NCBI GenBank assembly: GCA_977862235.1
Contig: OZ374561.1
Location: 1-64,000, forward strand
From: Dudresnaya verticillata
Taxonomy: Eukaryota
Direction: 5' to 3'
Length of the DNA stretch: 64,000 nt
Shown: piece after piece, positions 59,454 through 64,000 of the stretch
How the letters are laid out: each line of letters opens with the position of its first letter
Position numbering within the stretch: position 1 is the stretch's first letter
Position numbers and translations under genes: made by a program
The notes under the pieces: generated by a model
Told to the model about the DNA's origin: nothing
Seen by the model: only the letters and a program-made list of their open reading frames with translations
The model's database searches: none

Positions 59454-62424
59454 CAACCCCCCCTTCAAGAGCGGACCCTGCAGCAGAGCTTCCAATCAGT
59501 CAGTTCCCCGGAGGGGCCGTGCAAATAGCGGAGTCTTCTCCGAAATCCATAGCCACTTCACGCCCATCCCTGGCATGGCCGTAGACATCATCCGCGGGTC
59601 CCCGCGTTCCAACTTACCACCACCCTGTCGCGGCTGGCCCTCCCGCTCTTTGAACATCATGAGCAACCCCCATACACGGTGCATCCCCCCGACCCACTCG
59701 AGGAGAACCTTCCGCAAAAAAAACTCGCAGCCCGCCGTAATCGGCATTCGTAACGGGCGCAGTGCCAATGAGGTCCTTCAAGCTCCGAGAGTGGTAGATT
59801 CCACGCGTGGATACCTGTCTCACCATCATCTGCACGCTCGGCCGGGGCTACACTCGGAAAACATTTGCAGAGGTGCGTGCTCCATTTTCCGAATTGCCAC
59901 TGTAAGTCACTGTAAGCATTCCCGATGGACCGACTGGTCCTCATCGTGGACCGACCGGGGCGGACCTGAGTGGGCCATGGACCGGGTGGGCCATTGGCTG
60001 GGCCGCGCGGGCCTCATCGCGTGCAGCGTAGAAATTACCGAATGAGGCATTGCTGGCCGAAATCCAGAGTCCTCTCCCAGGTGCGGAGTCCTCTCTCCAC
60101 GGACCGGAGATATCTCCGAGAATAGATTCCGAAAATAGATTCCGAAAATAGATTAATCGGAGTCTTCTCCCAGAATACAGCGGCATACAGTGCCATGAGA
60201 AGTGCCACCACAGCAGTACGAGGGCGCCCCTGAAGCGGCGCCGGCGTGGTCCTCCACGGTTTGGGACGCCCCTCGAGCGGGTTGCCGCGACTACGCGGTT
60301 TTCCGCTTCTTAAGAATTTCCTCCGCAGCTTCCTGCGTCTCCCTCGACTCATTTTTGCGAATTATCGCGGTGTACGCCGACAGGGTGTACCCTGGTGTAG
60401 CCACCTATAGAGCAATAAGGGGCGTTCTCCGCGTTGAACGACGACGACGGCGTCGTGTCGTCGGCCATTAGCGCACTAAGCCGCGGCTTGCACGGCCGAA
60501 ACGACTTCCCGTGGATATCCACGCCACGGCCTCAGCGGACCTGTCCGCGCCATAGTAACCATCGCGTTCCCGCGCGCCAATGGCGTACGCGGCCATCCCA
60601 CAGCGTTTTGTGGGTGCTCGATGATGACTCCAAAAGCGCGCAACAGCGATTTCGCAACCGAGTCGCGACCGCAGCCTCTCCGTAGGGTCCATTCGGACCA
60701 TCTGTGACCCCATCGGAGCAAGTTACAGTCGACTTACAGTAATCAAGAAAGTTGTTTGCAGCTTCATGTCAACCCTGAAAGCGCTGTCATTAAGGGCAAA
60801 GCGCACCGAAACCGTTGCAGCTGGTGGAAACGCCGGCGTTGTCGCCGAAAAGAGCCACAACGGAGTCGACTCCGAACATAACCCCATATCGGGACTGTGC
60901 AGACCCACCGACAGGCAGGGGCAGCGAAGGAGACTCCGGTGGGTAATTTCCCAGCAGACATGCTGCTGGTAACCGGGCGGTTCATGGTCGGATCGCAAGG
61001 ACACGCGGACACCCCCGCGGGGGTTCCACGGAAGGTATTGACCCGAAGCGGTCTGCCCGCATAGATATATCCGTTGATATTCAGAGCAAGTCAGACACTG
61101 TAGGGCAAAACCCGGCGATGAGAAACACGGCCATACTAGAGCAGGGTCGAGGCTAGTCGTCGCGTTCATGGCGTGTAGCAATAGTAGTTGAGCGGAACTT
61201 CCGCGTAGTATTACTCGTCGCTTCAAAACGTCCCTTCATTCCCCCGCTGCCGTGGCTAGCGCTGACCTGGACGCACGTGTCCAAGCACACCTCGTCTGAT
61301 TAGGAGCGGCAGCTTAAGCGGTTGATCCGCGTAAAGAATGGCCGTTGAATGCCAGCACGGAGCCTGCCGACACGTGAAGCGAAGTTGTGCCTCGTAGACG
61401 TCGTTGGTTTCGTCGGTTCGTATTATTATGTTCGATACCAGACTCAACGTGCCGTTACACCTCCATAATGCATCGCGATGGCATTCGACGTGGTGAACCA
61501 CGGGTTGCTAGCCGTTGGATTTCAACGTTACTTGTTACCATCTCGTGTTGCTGTGTTCAGCGTGAAGCTCGTGGGGGCAATTGGTGCGGTGCGGTACATC
61601 CCACGTCGCCTCGCCATGCTTGGGAGCGATAGTCGAAGCGGTTGGTCTGCGTAGAAATGTTCGTTGGTCATCAACGTCGTACATAAAGTCAGCCTCCTTT
61701 GATGAACCCCCCTTTTTCGAGGGCCATGAGTCAGTGCGCGGAGGCAGTGCTACTCGGTGCGTTCTGTGAGCCGATCGCATGTGGCAATAACGAAGCGGCT
61801 TGTCCGCGTGTCGATCGTCGTTGTCTGCCAACTCTTCGATTGTCCCCGCATTCCCGTTACTGTGTCGCGACCTTAACACGCCTTGTCTCCTAGAGTCATG
61901 GGAAACGTTGTCGTAGTAACCCTCCAAGCGGATTGTCTGCGTGACAGTTGTCGTTGATTTTCGGCATGAGCCGGTTAACTGTTTTGGCCTCGGACCTAGC
62001 TACGGAGCATATGACTATTGTATAGTCCATGTTGACGTTAACCACCACGAGCCACCGCCCATAACCATGCGGATCATCCGCGCGTTGTCACCCGTTCACT
62101 TTAGTATCCTCGTTGACTTGCAATGCCATTGTGTGTGGGTGTCGTCTAGAGCGGTTGTTCCGCGGGTTGTTTTCCCCCAGGTATAGAGACATAAGCGAGG
62201 TTACTCCCCGTAAGTAGTTTTGTCATATGTGTCCAGTGGTGTTGGTCATCACGAGAACGGCGTACTCCAACGTCGGTTTTGGTGGGTGAACGTCTCCCGC
62301 CGATGTGTGGTGATGGGATTTGGCGTGGTGGACCATAGTGAGTTATTCGTTGTATACCAACGGTATTGCGCCTTTCCTTCCCCACAGAACGTCGGTGCAA
62401 CTTGCCTGCGCAACGGTGTCTCAG

Positions 62425-62620
62425 CCTACCATGGCGCGACGGACGTCACTGGGCGTTCCCAACTTAGCCTTACGGTAATAGCGCAGGACCTGGCTGCGAG
62501 GTAAGTTCTCAATTGGTTCAAGGGTATTCTGCGAACTTGGGTACCCAAACCATTTGACTTCGTAGAGGGTGCCCTCATCAGCGTGTTCTTGGTTAACCAC
62601 TTTCTTTGTCTATGACAAAC
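62425..62620 (-). pseudogene. Chromodomain of the second gypsy element (frameshifted)
   Basis: Manual translation KVVNQEHADEGTLYEVKWFGYPSSQNTLEPIENLPRSQVLRYYRK, homologous to the chromodomain near 41000-41190. Confidence 0.85.
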
Positions 62621-64000
62621 ATTGTACGCGGAGCTCCCGCGGTAGATGGTACAGTAGCGGGTGTAGCTACTGTAGAGCGAGGATGAGCCTCAGTATGATA
62701 CATCGTGGGTATGACCACTGGAGTTTGACCGAACGTAACGCGCCGTGTTGTAGCGGTGCCACTCGTAGGTTGGCGTGGGGTTGAACCGGCATAGTTGGGC
62801 GCAAACGCGCACTCCGACGCGCTCGTCCGCGGTTGAGTGACGATTGTGCGAGGGTTGACCCCGGTGAGTGTGGGCGTCGACGAGCTCTGCACACTCCGTT
62901 GGTCATCAGAGACGACTCCATTCTTTTCTACGTCATCAGTGCTCGTGGCACGCGTGAGTTGTTTGGTAGACGCACCGACCGACGATGAGTCGTGTGAACT
63001 GACAAGGTTATCCTCGTGTAGTCGAAAGAGAGCGTCGTTGGCCGGCTTGGCGCGCATGGTATCTCGAAAGCCCGAATCGTGGCTACCCACGTCGTCCACT
63101 GTAGCGTTACTGTGGTTACCCACTTCATCTAAACGTACACGTTCTAGGCCGGCAGTGGTGGGCTCGCTCGCGCGGTCGGCTCGATTGTCCACGTTGGCTT
63201 CTGATGAGTGGGTCTCCACGACGGCGTCGCGCTTTGCCGGGCTGGGCTGCAAACCACGTGTGGTAGCCTCCGTTGTTGGTTTGGCACGAGACGCTGATTG
63301 TCCTGGCGTCACGTGGTTGTCCACACCCTCAACGTTTCGATCCCGTGGTGCATTATCCATGTTAACAACATCAGCGACGCGTGTAGAGCGGTCGAACGCG
63401 TGGTCTTCAGTCGGTAAGGGTAACTTAGACATACCTTTTGCAGCGAGGGCTCAGCCTCGATGGCTAGTGGCGGCAGCCGGCGTGATCACGCCGGTATCGA
63501 TAGAAAGAGTTGACATAGGGCTAGCTTCGTCGCAGTGTGCGTCTGCGTGTTGTAAGACTACGTGAGCGCGTCACTGAACAAATCTCAATCACGCGGATGG
63601 TCCGCGACGTAGTGGCGTAGGCTCGCGAGGATTGTCCTATTGAATCTTTCGACCTGCCCGTTGGTCTGGGTGTGATACTTAGTCGTAAACAGGGTCTTGA
63701 CGCCCAGTATTCCACAGATAACTTGAAACAGCTTCGCAGTGAACTGCGGTCCATTATCCGACAGTAATGTCTTCGGCATAGACAAAGACCCAATGGTGTA
63801 CAAACTCTTTCGCGATCTCCATCGCAGATATCCTCTTGAGCGGTATAGTCCGCGTGAGCTTCGAATAGCGGTCTGCGATGACCAGTAGGAATCGATTGCC
63901 GCGCTTGGACCAGATGAGTTCTCCAAGAAGTTCAATCGAAACCTTGTTCAAACGGCGCTGTCGCCGGTAATAACCGTAGATACGTGGACACACGTCGTAG

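Larger units (their letters stand above)
58785..64000 (-). mobile_element. Decayed Ty3/gypsy chromovirus, 3' part; continues beyond the window
   Basis: Frameshifted integrase (ELLGELIWSKRGNRFLLVIADRYSKLTRT; LSDNGPQF; NGQVERFNRTILASLRHYVADHPRD) at 63585-63990, then a chromodomain, PPT and LTR. Confidence 0.88.

Overview
This window is a eukaryotic chromosome end. It starts with about 1.27 kb of (CCCCTAAA)n telomere (TTTAGGGG on the G-strand), followed by an intron-poor subtelomere; an algal host, possibly a red alga, is only my inference. 1.5-29.4 kb: two diverged copies of a ~2000-codon telomere-linked helicase gene (Zn finger, tyrosine-recombinase-like domain, RecQ helicase), each broken by a single lesion. 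Each copy is surrounded by, and contains in its coding sequence, its own family of 34-bp inverted-repeat sites with Cre/Flp-like 13-8-13 geometry: family A CCGGCCTCGATTG-N8-CAATCGAGGCCGG and family B CCGGAAGCAGTYG-N8-CRACTGCTTCCGG. One site of each family sits at exactly the homologous codon position of the two genes. A 1454-aa ORF with a ParB-like motif also carries family A sites. 30-36 kb: tandem repeats, an RPL3 pseudogene fragment and a gypsy fragment. 36-46 kb: a chromodomain Ty3/gypsy element with a long antisense ORF. About 46.2-58.8 kb: a large inverted-repeat-bounded DNA transposon with a frameshifted DDE transposase, captured FKBP and AAA-ATPase fragments, and a ParB-like/beta-class DNA amino-methyltransferase that shares a ~95-aa domain with the transposase. 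58.8-64 kb: a second, decayed chromodomain gypsy element. All calls come from reading motifs by eye; no database searches were run.
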